From NCBI RefSeq assembly GCF_009914755.1, contig NC_060947.1: 64,000 bases of DNA; one strand, 5' to 3'. Below are positions 1 through 16,370 of the stretch, piece by piece. Each line of letters begins with the position of its first letter. The first letter of the stretch is position 1. The position numbers and the translations under genes are program-made. The DNA is from the human T2T-CHM13v2.0 reference genome, Homo sapiens. Under the pieces are notes generated by a model. The model saw only the letters and a program-made list of their open reading frames with translations. It did not search any database and had not been told where the DNA came from.

Positions 1-754
1 GAGATGTTATGAAAATTGACTTGGCAACCATCATTTGCAAGAATAGATTGATGATATTCATGCTTGAGTATTTTGTCGTATAACTGGGATTTTCTCTGCT
101 AATATCCAGGTAAATATGAATACCTGGCTTTCTACTCCTTTCAGAGGATTGTTATACAATAAATGTAGAAATTTAATTCTACCGAATTTTTGTTGTTTCA
201 ACCAAGGAAGGAGAATGTTGCATTCTGTTGATAAATAAGGGAGGGAAATTAACAAACATTTAATTACCTGCCTGATACTGATCAGCAGAATTCTTACATG
301 GCTTAGGGATTCTGGAGGAAAGGGTTGTGGGAAGGGCACTCAGTTTGACCATGGAAGAGGAAGCAGATTGCTTTGGGGCTTCATGTACAACCCAGGAAAA
401 TGCTAGGGGACAGGATGTAGAAGACTGCATCTGAGAGGGTAGCTAGAGAGCTTTCCTGGGCAAGAGTGAATGTGAAGGCTGTTACAAAAGCTTAGGTGGT
501 GTTGTCCAGAGAATGTAGTGGTTATAAACTGAATTCTAAAGTTTCCCACTTATTCATATACTCACTTTCACATCAGTTGGGCCTCCAAAATAGTTTAGAG
601 AGCTTTTAGAGTAATCACTTCAGAGTTTAGTAAGAGAGAAAGAAAGTGGGTAGCGTAGCAAGAGAGAGAAAGATCACCTTCCTTGAGAGTTGAAAAGCAC
701 TACAGAGGAGATGGTGAAGCAAATGTTTACAGACTGATTTTCCAGTGCTGTCAG

Positions 755-930
755 GTACTAGCTATGTAACTTCAGACAAGCTACTTAAACTCTGAGTCTC
801 AGTACCCTCATGTGGGAAATGGGAGTAACAGCACCTATCGAACAGGGCTGTTGTAAGGATTAAATGGTGACTGGTGAAATACACAGGACGTAGTATGTAT
901 GTAGTAATCTCAGTAAATGTTGGTTATTTT
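755..930 (+). mobile_element. MIR SINE
   Basis: MIR core-like gctatgtaacttcagacaag...ctcagt...aaatggg...gttgtaaggattaaatg; boundaries approximate. Confidence 0.7.
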
Positions 931-3809
931 GGCTCTACCTCTGCTGCCACTGCCCTACTTCAAGGCCCCAACCTCTCCCAGCTGAACTCCCTGGGTCTTC
1001 TAACTTAAGTGCTTCTCAAAGGTTAGTGTGCATAGACATGGCTTAGAGAACTTGATGCCGTGATGATTCTGATTGTAAATGTCCGGGGCATCCCTAGAAC
1101 TTGCCATCTTCTGTGAAGCTTCTAGTTCGGTATTGATTACTCTCTTGCCCCTTGCCCTGAATCAGTGGATTTATACAGGTGCCAGTCTTCCCCACAAGCC
1201 TGTGTACTGCCAGGGTGTGGCAGGGACAGGAGTTGAATTGCTGAGATTTCAGAACTGGCAGGAACACAGAAGGGTTTTATGGACTTAATTGGAATAAGAC
1301 TGGGATTAATCGTTTAATGGATTGCTGATCTGTTTTAGAGCCTGCAGAAATTTTTGCTGGACCATCTAGAAACTTGAAATATTCTGCCGGAATGTTCAGG
1401 GATGCCAGAAATCTTCTGTTTCTTTAGTATTCCTTATTGTCTCAGACTAAGAGAACATGACATATGAATTCCCAAAAGGGGGAAATCAGTAAGAAACACC
1501 CTTTTAAATCTGACTTTGTTTCTTTACAGATCTGGGTTTGCCTTTTTTTTTTTTTTTTTTGTACCTATCTTTTAGGAACAGGATTAGGATTAGCTGGGTG
1601 AGAGGAGGTGTTCAGCAAACTTTGACCATTTGCATTTTTACAGGTAAGACTCAGCGTTCCCTCATTCATTTATTCATCCACCAAACATTTATTCAACATG
1701 GGTTTTCTACCAGGCACAGTTTAGGGTGCTAGGAATATAATAAGTGACAAAATTGGCCTGACCCTGTTCTCAGAAGGGGCCACAAAATATGCACCTGTGC
1801 TCAGAATGCACCTCAGCTTTGGTCTAGGAAAGACTGGGCATTTTTCCTATGCAGGTATGTGTGTATGTGTGTGTGCGTGCTTCCGTGGAATTGAGTTCAT
1901 TTTCTTCATTGCTTGGATTCCCTCACAACGTTGCTCAGGTCAGGGTCTATGCTTGTGCAGTGAGAGCTTACTGAAAGAACTAAGGTTAGAGAAAAGCACA
2001 GCCAGTCAGTAGGGATACCTCAAAAACACCAGGATGCCTGATTCTGTTCCTGGATCTCTTTTGGAGCATGACTTTGCCACCTGCCTTTCCTGGCGTATTG
2101 TGTGGTGTATGGCATGCATATTACGTAATCCAGGGTAGATTAATTTACATTCTTGATTTTATCCGTTGGAAAGTTATATTCCCTTAAGATGGATGAGTAA
2201 CTGATAAAATATTGTCTTATGAGTTGTAATTTTTGAAGGAATTTTGATTGAAAATAAATTGGAAATTTCCACTGACTTGGTTGATATGTTTATATCATAC
2301 ACATTTAACATCATTACTGTCTACTTGAGAATTGTAAATATTTCATTCTTTCTCACTGATTAAATGCCTTTAATAAACCTTATATGAGAAGAGAAGATGA
2401 CTTCACTCACATTGATGAAATGTGCCATAATGCATTTTCCCCTATAAACTTAAAACAAATTCCTGGAACCATATTGAGATTTGAAAGACCATTTTCCTTT
2501 GCTTGAGCAATTGTTTATAAAGAGTGTGTACGTGTCTCTCTCTATAGAAAGACAGAGTTGATCCCTGATAGTGCGCAGCAATTTTTATAACTACAAATAT
2601 ATGATGTGATTATCTTCCACAATAGCATTTTCAATACTTTGAGGTTTTTACTTTAAAATAAACAAATATTGTAACCAAAGTAATTTCCAAAGATGTAGTA
2701 GTCTCTGCATTCTGCTTTTCTTCTGACCTTCTCTGGTTTTCTTTAAAATTCCATGTAAACATCTTAAATGATGTTTACATGAGTCAAACACTTTCTGGCC
2801 ATTACTGCACTGGGAGGCCACAGAGTTTTCCTTCTCTCTGTCAGTCTGGCTAAGCTGACTGACAGACTGGGTGAGGGAGGACAGACTGATCTGCAGAGCA
2901 CATTTCTGGGTGCTGCTGAAATAGTACTCATTCTGACAAATCGCTGATTAGGCCTGCCAGGAACTGCCTGTGATTTAGGCAACCCCACAGAGATTCCTGG
3001 GTTCTAGAGCACTAACTAGTTAACTTTAACCTCTTCAGATGTGGAAGAGTGAGGATATGTTCTCTCTTAGTCTCTCTTTATGAAAGATAGAATATTGTTC
3101 ATGATCATACTTTTTGCACCATTAGAAATTACTGCTAACATTTGCAACTTAATTCTGCTCAATTAGGCCCAGAAACTCCAATCCTTGCATTACTCTTTCT
3201 CTGGGACTTTTAATACACCTGCCCATTGCCTGCTGAAGATTCATTCCAGCCACTTGGCTTCTCTACTTTTTTTCTCAGTGAGCTTTCCCCGCATCCCTGC
3301 CCCAACTTCTTCACTTAGTCAATCTTTACATCACAGTTCTACACGTCAAGTACTGTGGCTAATATTCTTAGTGTCTCTTGTTCTCCTTGGTGCTCAGAAA
3401 CACTCGGAGCAAGGACTGATCTGATCACCCCCTTTCCCCATTCCTACATGTGGGCTGCTGTGTGTTATTGGGGACAATGTCACTTCTGCGCAGATCATTA
3501 CCACTACAGGGTTATCCTCTTCTGCCACATGTTGCACATTACGCGGGCATACATTAGGTGCCATGATACCCTGACTCTGCACCTAGACCTGAGACAGCAC
3601 TTATTCATGACATGTTAGACTTACCTGGTAGGCCCACTGCATGGAGATTGGTCTCCACACAGTTCTCTCATTGTTGCAACAACAGGTGATGTGAAGAAAC
3701 CTCTCTGTATTGCCAAATTTTTGCCATCACTGCCCCCTCTGAGAAGACTGCATCCTTCTCACAGTCTTTTAGATTTTATACTGCTATTAACAATCGCTAA
3801 TGAAAGCCA

Positions 3810-4040
3810 TAATTTATTGGGTGGTTGCTATGAGTCAGTCATAGTGCTAGCCACTTCATATACATTAACTTAATTCTCATAAAAACCTTGGCATGTAGGT
3901 ATTATAACCCCCATTTTAAAGTTGAGATAATTGAGACTCATAGAAGTTAAGGACCAAAGGTCACACATCTACAAACAGGTAGAGAGTTGGGATTTAAACC
4001 CAGGTCCAATTGATTCCAGAGCCCAGTCTCTTCACTCTTC
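3810..4040 (-). mobile_element. MIR SINE
   Basis: ccccattttaaagttgagataattgagactc...ggatttaaacccagg reverse MIR core; boundaries approximate. Confidence 0.7.
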
Positions 4041-4884
4041 AACACTGGTGTCCACATTATTTTTGAGAGGAGTTTCTTAATTCTGAATGGCACACATACT
4101 AATTGTAACAAACTTTAAAAATATAAAAAAAATGTACTTGCTCATTGTTCTATCACTAAAAGACACCTTGTGAATGCTTTGCTTTTATTTCTCATTCTGT
4201 TTTCTACACAATATTGCATTTGATCATTTGCTTAACATGATTGGGTTCATATAGCACATACAATCCTGTAACCTTTTCCAGACAACATTATAAGTATTTT
4301 TCGTAATACAGATTCTCTGAAAACATGCTTTTCACTAGCCTCTGCATTGATTACAAAACATGAAAAATCTACTGGGGAGTGTCACAAATGAGATATTCCA
4401 TGAAATAAGAAATGTAATCTGGGGTGGGAGGATAAAGGGAGCTTGGACTCCTAGTCCTGGGCAAATGTTACTCTATTTGAAAATGAAGAATGCCACAAAT
4501 ATAGACATTTCACATGGAACTGCACTAAAATTCAACTTTAAAAGGCAGAACAGGCAAAGGTGGATGAGTACAAGTTATTTATCTGAATTTGTGAAGGATT
4601 TGTTGGAAAGGACATCAGCCCTGAGATATGTAAGTAAACTCATGAATTACAGTGCTTTAGTCTTTATTTTAAACTCTTTCCTAGTCCCCTAGGTTTGCAT
4701 TCAGAAAGTCATGATCTTGCAATTCTTGCTCCTCAGCCTGGTTTCTCTCCTTCCACGGCTGTCAGGTGTAGTAAAAATTTGGCATTGTAAAGTAGTCCAT
4801 GGATGGTGGAAGATTTAATACCTTGAACCTAACCCCATAGTAAATGGGTCCTGGACTCATTCTCAGGACATGTTCCACTTTCAC

Positions 4885-5181
<297 letters not shown>

Positions 5182-7529
5182 AGGACATGCTTCACTTTGA
5201 TTCTAATTCAGGATTACAACTTTAGTGTCATTTAGTCCTGAAATATTTGTTCTGGGAGATATGGCACATGACATGTATGTCACATAGGTCCCAGATAGAA
5301 CTCCTGCAACATGTTTCAGGAACATTAGCAACAGGAGCCCAGATTTTGATCAGTAAGTCACTTGTCTCTAGAAAAGGTTGGTATTGCTGTGGATCTTGAG
5401 CTGTAAGTCTGATATTTGGGTCTTGGAAGTTTTGAGACTGAGAGAGTTAGACTGAGGATTCTTTTGACTGTGGGCCTTATCCCAATTAGACACTGATACA
5501 TCTATATTATCATAGTAGTCATGCCGGAAAGTATATATCTAAGTGATTCTCAACTACAGAGAGCCAATGATGAATTAAATCCACCTATTCAGTGTGTCTT
5601 CTTGTAAACTAAAACAAATATCTATGTATGTATAGATGTGTGTGTACACACACATCTATCATACGTTTTTCCAGAAAATTAAAAATGGATGAGAACAACA
5701 CTCCCCACAAAACCTCTTAGAAGAAATGTTTGCAAGTGTGACCCTCCTGACCTTTATATTATACTTCAGTAATACAATTTGATGGGATTTTAGATTATTT
5801 CCCATTGATTTTGGAAAAATGTACTTATGTAAACAGCTATTTCCAACCAATTAATTATTATTTTGCATAGGAGGGCTGACTATTCTTGGCCTGAGAGCTT
5901 TTAATTAGCCTTATTCTTTTTCAATCTTTCCATGTTCTTTCACCGACATAAGTTTCTGAATCTGTTGTTTTAGAATGAATTACTGAGTGGAGAAGGTGCA
6001 AAGTCCATTAGCAGTTAGGTGTTTGAGCCTACCTTGCCCAGTAGGTAAGGAGAGTGGTCAGGTGTTTATCTGTGGATTTTGAGTGTGTGCTCTGTGTGAA
6101 GCTGTGTGCTGTTGGAGGTATCAAAGATATGTAAAGCATGGCTCCTGTCTTCAAAGAACTTGTAAACAAATTTTGTTGCCCCAAAACACAGAAAGGGCTA
6201 TATTAAACACACACACATACTCTCTCTCTCTCTTTTTTTGTCTCTCTCCATGGTAAAACTTCAAAATTTTAATGCCTCTTTTATCATAAATCAAATTTCA
6301 GTTTATGTTGTCTCTTCTCTGCTATATGTATGTGTTTACCATTATTGATTAGCCTGAATACAGTAGCTTTATAATAAGCTTTGATGTCTAGTAGGCACAC
6401 CCTTTATATTGCTGTTGTTCTTCAAAGTTATTGTAGGTATTTTGGCCCTTTACTTTCCACAGGAATTTTGTAATTAACTTGTGAAGTTACATAGAAAAAC
6501 AAAGCAAAGCAAAACAAAAAAACTTACTGGTCTGATCAGAATTATGTTAATTTGTACATTAGTTGGGAAGATCTGATAAATTGATGATATTGAGACATCC
6601 CTTACACAGACTTCGCATTGTCACTGCATTTATTTTATGTGATTCAATAAAGCCTTATTATTTCTAGTGTAGTATTTCTGTGCAGTTTTGTTAAATTAGC
6701 TACTAAGCACTGGATAGTTTCCTTTCTATATGAAGGAACCTATAAATGTTATTTAAGAACATGAAAAACGGGTTTGAATAATTGTAGAGAGAGAACTTTT
6801 CTTGATGGAAATATATACCATAAAGATGTATAAATGTAATTTTAATAAATTACAATTAGATTATTGAAGTTTTTGGAATTTAAAATTAATTTTTATAGTA
6901 AATCATTTTGAAATATTTTCCAATTTTCTTTGGGGTTTCTTCTTTGACCCACAGATTGTTTAGAAGTATGACATTTAACTTCCAAATATTTGAGGGGTTT
7001 CCAGATATTTGTGTGTTTAGTATTACTAATTTAATCCTGTTGTGGTCAGAGAACAAAATCTGTGTGATTTTAATGCTTTAAATTTATTGAAACAGTAGAT
7101 GTTGAATCTTATTGAATGTTCCATATACAGTGGAAGATAATGTACGTTCCATAGCTGCCTGGATGTGGTGTTCTGTAAATATTATTGCTGGTAATGTTAA
7201 GTCTTCGATATCCTTACTTATTTTCTCTTTATTTATTCTATTGATTACTAAGGGGAGTATTTAAATTACCAACTCTTAATTGTGGATTTATTTATTTCTT
7301 CTTTCATTTATGTCCGTTTTTACTTCACTGTAAAGCTTTGTAGTTAGATGTAAACATATTTAGGGTTGTTAAGTTTTCTTGATTGACTTCCTTTATCATT
7401 ATGAAATGTCCCTTCTTTTCCCTAGTGATATATTTATCCTAGAGTCTACTTTGTGTAATATTAATATAGTCACCCAAATCTTTTATTATTAGGGCTGAGT
7501 GGTATATATGTTTTTATCCCACTTTTTTG

Positions 7530-8155
7530 TAGTTATTTAAGTTTATTTTTTTATTTTATTTTTTAAAATTTTATTATTATACTCTAAGTTCTAGGGTACA
7601 TGTGCACAATGTGCAGGTTTGATATATAGGTATACATGTGTCATATTGGTTTGCTGCACCCATCAACTCGTCATTTACATTAGGTATTTCTCCTAATGCT
7701 ATCCCTCCCCCAACCCCCCACCCCTGACAGGCCCCAGTGTGTGATATTCCCTGCCCTGTGTCCAAGTGTTCTCATTGTTTGATTCCCACCTGTGAGTGAG
7801 AACATGCGGTGTATAGTTTTCTGTCCTTGTGATAGTTTGCTGGGAATGATGGTTCCCAGCTTCTTCCATGTCCCCGCAAAGGACATGAACCCATCCTTTT
7901 TTATGGCTGCATACTATTCCATGGCGTATATGTGCCACATTTTCTGAATCCAGTCTATCATTGATGGACATTTGGGTTGGTTCCAAGTCACTACTATTGT
8001 GAATAGTGCTGCAATAAACATATGTGTGCATGTGTCTTTATAGTAGCATGATTTATAATCCTTTGGGTATATACCCAGTAATGGGATTGCTGGGTCAAAT
8101 GGTATTTCTAGTTCTAGATCCTTGAGGAATCATCACACTGTCTTCCACAGTGGTT
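7530..8155 (-). mobile_element. L1PA 3' fragment (about 0.6 kb, 5'-truncated)
   Basis: Canonical L1PA 3'UTR and ORF2 tail reverse complement; TSD atcccactttt on both sides. Confidence 0.93.
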
Positions 8156-8275
8156 AATCCCACTTTTAACCTGTGTCTTTATAATTAAATTGAGTTTCTT
8201 ATAGACGATACATATAGTTTGGTCTTGCTTTTTAAAAATCTAATCAACAATCCTAAACTACATTTGTGTGTTTAG

Positions 8276-8588
<313 letters not shown>

Positions 8589-9753
8589 TGATAATTTATA
8601 TTATTATGAGTATGTTTTGATTTAAGTCTACCATCTTACTATATGTTTTCTGTTTGTCCTATTTGATTGATGTTTCCATTGTCTTCTTTTTTCTGCTTTC
8701 TTTTGGATTAAATGAGCTTTTAGTTAGTATTCCATTTTATCTCTTTTTTGATTTATAATCTATATCTGTGCCTTTTATTTGTTGTCTAGGCAGTTTGTCA
8801 TATACATCTTTAATTTATTACAGTCTGCCATGGATTAATATTGTGCCACTTCATGTATAATGTAAGAAGCTTACAACAGCAGATTTCTATTTTCCACCCT
8901 CCCGTCCTTTGTGCTATCATTGTCACGGGTTTTACTTCAGCATATATTATAAACTTTAGAATATTTTGCTTTTACATCAATTATCTTTTATAGAAATAAA
9001 TTAAAGAAGATAAACATTCTTTTATATTTATGAACATATATATTCTTGCCAGTGCTTTTCATTCCTTTGTGTAGATCTGAGATTCCACCTGGGATCATTT
9101 TCCTTCTACCTGAAGTACTTCCTTTAATATTTCTATTAAAGCTGGTATGCTTCTCATTGACTTCTTTCAGATTTTGTTCACCTGAAAATATCTTTAGTTT
9201 TCTCAAAGGGTGTATTTTTGCTGGATGTAGAATTCTAGGTTGATTTTCCAACCCCCCCTTCCCAGCACTTTAAAGATGTTTCATTGTCTTTTGGTTTGAG
9301 TTGTTCTGATGGGAAGCCAGAGAGAAAACATTATTTTTCCTCCTGTATTAAATGTATCTTTTATTTCTGTTTGCTTTAAGATTTCTGTTTAAAATTGGTT
9401 TTCAGCAATTTGTTTTAGTTTTTCTTTGTGTTTATTTTATTGGGTTCACCAATATTCTTGGATATATGAGTTTATATTTTTCATCCAGTATGGCAAAAAA
9501 ATTGGTAATTATTTTTCCAAAAAATATTTTTGCCTCCCTCTTCTGGGAATCTAGTTACTTATATTTTAGATTGCCTGATACCATCCCACACTGAGAGAGA
9601 CTCTGCTCCTTTTCCTCTACTCTGGCTGGATACAACTCAAATGTCTTCCACCTAGGCATGAACTGTGGTGGTTATTTAGTTTTGTATTCATACCATTTGT
9701 TCTCTCCCTGGTAGTTTTGATCTTTGACTGGTCTTGTAGAATGTCACCTTGCA

Positions 9754-10166
<413 letters not shown>

Positions 10167-10438
10167 TTAGGTCTGTTTCCTAAAACTTAATGAGACCACT
10201 TTATTCTGGTTGAGATCCTTCTCCCTCAATCATGGTCTGGAAGTGCCCTCAGGTAGAAATCTGGGATTTCTGTGGAGCTCTTCTCATTTTTGCTCTTATC
10301 TCAAAGATCACAGGCATGTGCTACCTGCTTTCCAGTGTCTTAGAACAGGCATTTCCTATAATTTGTCCAGTTTCCTAATTGTTCATGGCAGGGGGACTGT
10401 TCCCACATCAGTTATTCTAGAGTGATAAACAGCAATCC

Positions 10439-10873
10439 TGTCTTAGTCTGTTTTCTGTTGTTATAACAGAATACCTGAGACTGGGTAATTTATAAAGAAA
10501 AGGGGTTTATTTAACTCAAGGTTCTGCAGGATGAGAAGTTCAAGGGGATGGCCCTAGCTTCTGGCAAGGGATTTTGCGCTACATCACAACATGGCAGAGA
10601 AAGTCTAAGGGGAAGGGGACATGTGCAAAAAGTGAGGCAGGCAGGAGGAGGAACTTAAGCTTCTAACAACCCAGTCTCTCAGAAATTAATCCATTCCCCT
10701 GAGAAGTAATCCTGTATCAAGAGAGTGAGAACTCACGACCAGGAGAATGGCACCAAGCCATTCATAACCCAAACCTTCTCACTAGGCTCCACCTTCCAGC
10801 ATTGCCTCTTTTTAAGGATCAAATTTCAACATGAGTTTTGGTGGAGACAGGAAACCACAACCAAGCCATAGCA
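10439..10873 (-). mobile_element. MaLR solo LTR (MST-like)
   Basis: tgtcttagtctgttt...gagactgggtaatttataaag...ccatagca termini typical of MST/THE1 LTRs. Confidence 0.85.
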
Positions 10874-10879
10874 GACCTC

Positions 10880-13100
<2,221 letters not shown>

Positions 13101-13134
13101 TATGTGTGTCCCTTATTTTGGGGACTGATAGATT

Positions 13135-14652
13135 ATTATTATTATTATTTTAGTATTTATTGATCATTCTTGGGTGTTTCTTGGAGAGGGGGATTTGGCA
13201 GGGTCATAGGACAATAGTGGAGGGAAGGTCAGCAGATAAACATGTGAACAAAGGTCTCTGGTTTTCCTAGGCAGAGGGCCCTGCCGCCTTCCGCAGTGTT
13301 TGTGTCCCTGGGTACTTGAGATTAGGGAGTGGTGATGACTCTTAACCAGTATGCTGCCTTCAAGCATCTGTTTAACAAAGCACATCTTGCACCGCCCTTA
13401 ATCCATTTAACCCTTAGTGGACACAGCATATGTTTCAGAGAGCATGGGGTTGGGGGTAAGGTTATAGATTAACAGCATCCCAAGGCAGAAGAATTTTTCT
13501 TAGTACAGAACAAAATGGAGTCTCCTATGTCTACTTCTTTCTACACAGACACAGTAACAATCTGATCTCTCTTTCTTTTCCCCACATTTCCCCCTTTTCT
13601 ATTCGACAAAACCGCCATCGTCATCATGGCCCGTTCTCAATGAGCTGTTGGGTACACCTCCCAGATGGGGCAGCGGCCGGGCAGAGGGACTCCTCACTTC
13701 CCAGACGGGGCGGCAGGGCAGAGGCGCCCCCAACCTCCCGGACGGGGCGGCTGGCCGGGCGGGGGCTGCCCGCCACCTCCCGGACTGGGCGGCTGCCGGG
13801 CGGAGACGCTCCTCACTTCCCAGACGGGGCGGCTGCCGGGTGGAGGGGCTCCTCACTTCTCAGACGGGGCGGCCGGTCAGAGACGCTCCTCACCTCCCAG
13901 ACGGGGTGGCGGCGGGGCAGAGACACTCCTCAGTTCCCAGATGGGGTCGCGGCCGGGCAGAGGCGCTCCTCACATCTCAGACGGGGCAGACGGGCAGAGG
14001 CGCTCCCCACATCCCAGACAATGGGCGGCCGGGCAGAGACGCTCCTCACCTCCTAGACGGGATGACGGCTGGGAAGAGGCGCTCCTCACTTCCCAGACTG
14101 GGCGGCCGGGCAGAGGGCCTCCTCACATCCCAGACGATGGGCAGCCAGGCAGAGACGCTCCTCACTTCCTAGACGGGGTGGCGGCCGGGCAGAGGCTGCA
14201 ATCTTGGCACTTTGGGAGGCCAAGGCAGGCGGCTGGGAGGTGGAGGTTGTAGCGAGCCGAGATCACGCCACTGCACACCAGCCTGGGCAACATTGAGCAC
14301 TGAGTGAGCGAGACTCTGTTTGCAATCCCGGCACCTCGGGACGCCGAGGCTGGCAGATCACTCGCGGTCAGGAGCTGGAGACCAGCCCGGCCAACAAGGC
14401 GAAACCCCGTCTCCACCAAAAAATACGAAAACCAGTCAGGCGTGGCGGCGTGCGCCTGCAATCCCAGGCACTCGACAGGCTGAGGCAGGAGAATCAGTCA
14501 GGGAGGTTGCAGTGAGTCGAGATGGTGGCAGTACAGTCCAGCCTTAGCTCGGCATCAGAGGGAGACCGTGCAAAGAGAGAGACGAGGGAGAGGGAGAGGG
14601 AGACCGTGCAAAGAGGGAGACGGGAGCGAGAGAGGGGGAGGGGGAGGGGGAG
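13135..14652 (-). mobile_element. SVA retrotransposon (about 1.5 kb, probably an older subfamily)
   Basis: Reverse order of poly-A, SINE-R (13150-13640), GC-rich VNTR (13640-14200), antisense Alu-like part (14200-14560) and degenerate CCCTCT hexamer head; short TSD agattatt. Confidence 0.96.
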
Positions 14653-14893
14653 AGATTATTTCCTTATGTATTTTCTAATTTTGAATGGTGAGCTCATCTT
14701 CAACAGTGCCTTATTTGTGGAAATTCTGTGGAATCTGTCTTTAGAAAGTATGTCTCCAGAAGGGGTTTATCTTTGCTTTTTCTGGAACCCCAAGGTTGAT
14801 TCAGTATGGTGGTGTCTTTTCTCCTGTACCCAGAGAACATGCTGAGACAGACAAGCTTCCTGTTTTCTTCTTTTGTTGGTAGGAGGATTTTTT

Positions 14894-15092
14894 TTTTCAA
14901 TGTAATGTTAGCCTCTGGGAGTCCTGGCTACATGTAGGGAGAGGTGGTGAGTTTTAATTCCACTTCGCTGTTTGGGTTATTTTTTATCCAATTTTTCTTT
15001 TCAATGTAATGTTAGCCTCTGGGAGTTCTGGCTATACATAGGGAGAGGTGGTGATTTTTAGTTTCACTTCCCTGTTCAGGTTATTTTTTATC
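14894..15092. repeat. Diverged tandem duplication, period about 104 bp, 2 copies
   Basis: tcaatgtaatgttagcctctgggag...ggttattttttatc at 14897 and 15001. Confidence 0.92.
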
Positions 15093-15485
15093 TAGGAGAG
15101 CATTAACACCAAGCACGGGTTCATATTTTGTGCTCAGTACCGTTCCAGTGTTTGACTCCCTGAACTTTCCCTTACTTAGAGAACATTTAAAGGATGTTTG
15201 CTATATTTTAATCACTTTTTTGTAACACATATGTATTGGGATGCCATTGACATCTACCTTGAGGCTTTGGCCTTGAGGTGATGTGTGAGTCTAATTGTAT
15301 AGCTCAAAGCAGAGGACTTCAGTGATTTCAGGGCTATTGTTTTATATGTCAAGGATTTCTGTGAACATCAACAATAATGCAAATTTTTCCCTTTTGTGGC
15401 ATGTACACGCTTGGCATGAAGCTTTCAAACTGCATCTGTCTTCATTTCCTTAAATTTTCTCAAAGTTAGTGAAAGTTAAATGAAT

Positions 15486-15537
15486 TTAAGGGTATGGAAT
15501 TAAAACACAAATTAAGGGTATGGAATTAAAATACAAA
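15486..15537. repeat. 26-bp tandem duplication
   Basis: ttaagggtatggaattaaaa(c/t)acaaa x2. Confidence 0.92.
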
Positions 15538-15866
15538 TATTTGGTTTTTTTTTTGGTTAAGTGGTGTAACCACAGAATGTTTTTGTAACTTTTACAAATA
15601 TATTCATTTGTAATGTTATTATCAAAAATATTCATTGGGGATTATGCAATAAAGCAAGTCTTCAACATCTACATAACATATGAGAGTGTTATTGGTACTT
15701 AATGAAAGCCTATCTTTAAAAGAAGTAGACATTCCTTGAGGGAAAAGTGTTACACAATTGAGAATTTTGATTAGTCTTATTGCTTTACTGTGATTCACCA
15801 TAGACTGATCTCTTAGTAAAATGTTGCTTCACTTTGATTTCAGGAGTCTTCCTACGTCACTGAATA

Positions 15867-15898
15867 ATGAATGAAGATGAGAGGGGAAAAGAGAAGAG
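15867..15898 (+). promoter_or_regulatory. Out-of-frame upstream ATG opening an overlapping uORF (31 aa after splicing; stop TGA at 19024-19026)
   Basis: ATG at 15867 (A at -3) reads MNEDERGKEKR|QSQSKKLSKEIKLDSIISYL*. Confidence 0.7.
15871..15898 (+). CDS. PASD1: PASD1 first coding exon (exon 15844-15898; CDS MKMRGEKRR + 1 nt)
   Basis: tttcag acceptor ends at 15843; ATG at 15871 is preceded by in-frame TAA TGA; GTATGC donor at 15899; 28 nt (phase 1) splices in frame to 18963; matches the recalled PASD1 N-terminus. Confidence 0.93.
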
Positions 15899-16283
15899 GT
15901 ATGCATTCATAACTGACTGACATTTCTGTCAAAGCCCTCTCCCTCGTCCTGTGTTCCCGTTTCACATCTAGCAAAATGCTACTTCCTCAGGGAAGCCTGA
16001 TTCACTCAGAGAAATGTGGTTTCTCCAGTGTTTTTTTTTCATAACTCTCAGCTCCAGCTCTATTATAATACTTAGCACATCACCTGTTTACCTGACAGCC
16101 CTCTTCCTCAAACTGTGTCCTCCATGCCTTGCACAGTGCCTGCCCAGAGCTGACTCTAAGGGTTGTCAAATGACTGACAAGTATACAGTCCCTGATATTT
16201 TTAGAAGACAGTTTTTGAGCCTTGGCTTGCCTACAGCTTAAATTCATTTGTGTTTGAGAAGATAAATTAACTTACTTTTCCAG

Positions 16284-16370
16284 ATCAAACTTCTAAAATA
16301 AATTCAAGTACACTGATCAAAAAGTTTTTGTCAAAAGTTTGCAGTATGATCTGTGGTATCCAATGGATAC
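16284..16370 (+). pseudogene. Candidate decayed remnant of the bHLH exon
   Basis: ttaacttacttttccag|A acceptor; in-phase reading SNF*NKFKYTDQKVFVKSL resembles [21 protein letters not shown]; expected intron position; similarity is weak. Confidence 0.35.

Noticed and set aside
2838-2865. 9-bp stem hairpin ctgtcagtc/gactgacag
   Set aside because: Short stem, plausible by chance in 64 kb, with no ncRNA features
13164-14547. Cluster of long ORFs (up to 195 aa), including MLEGSILVKSHHHSLISSTQGHKHCG
   Set aside because: Artefacts of the GC-rich SVA VNTR and the SINE-R region; not a host gene
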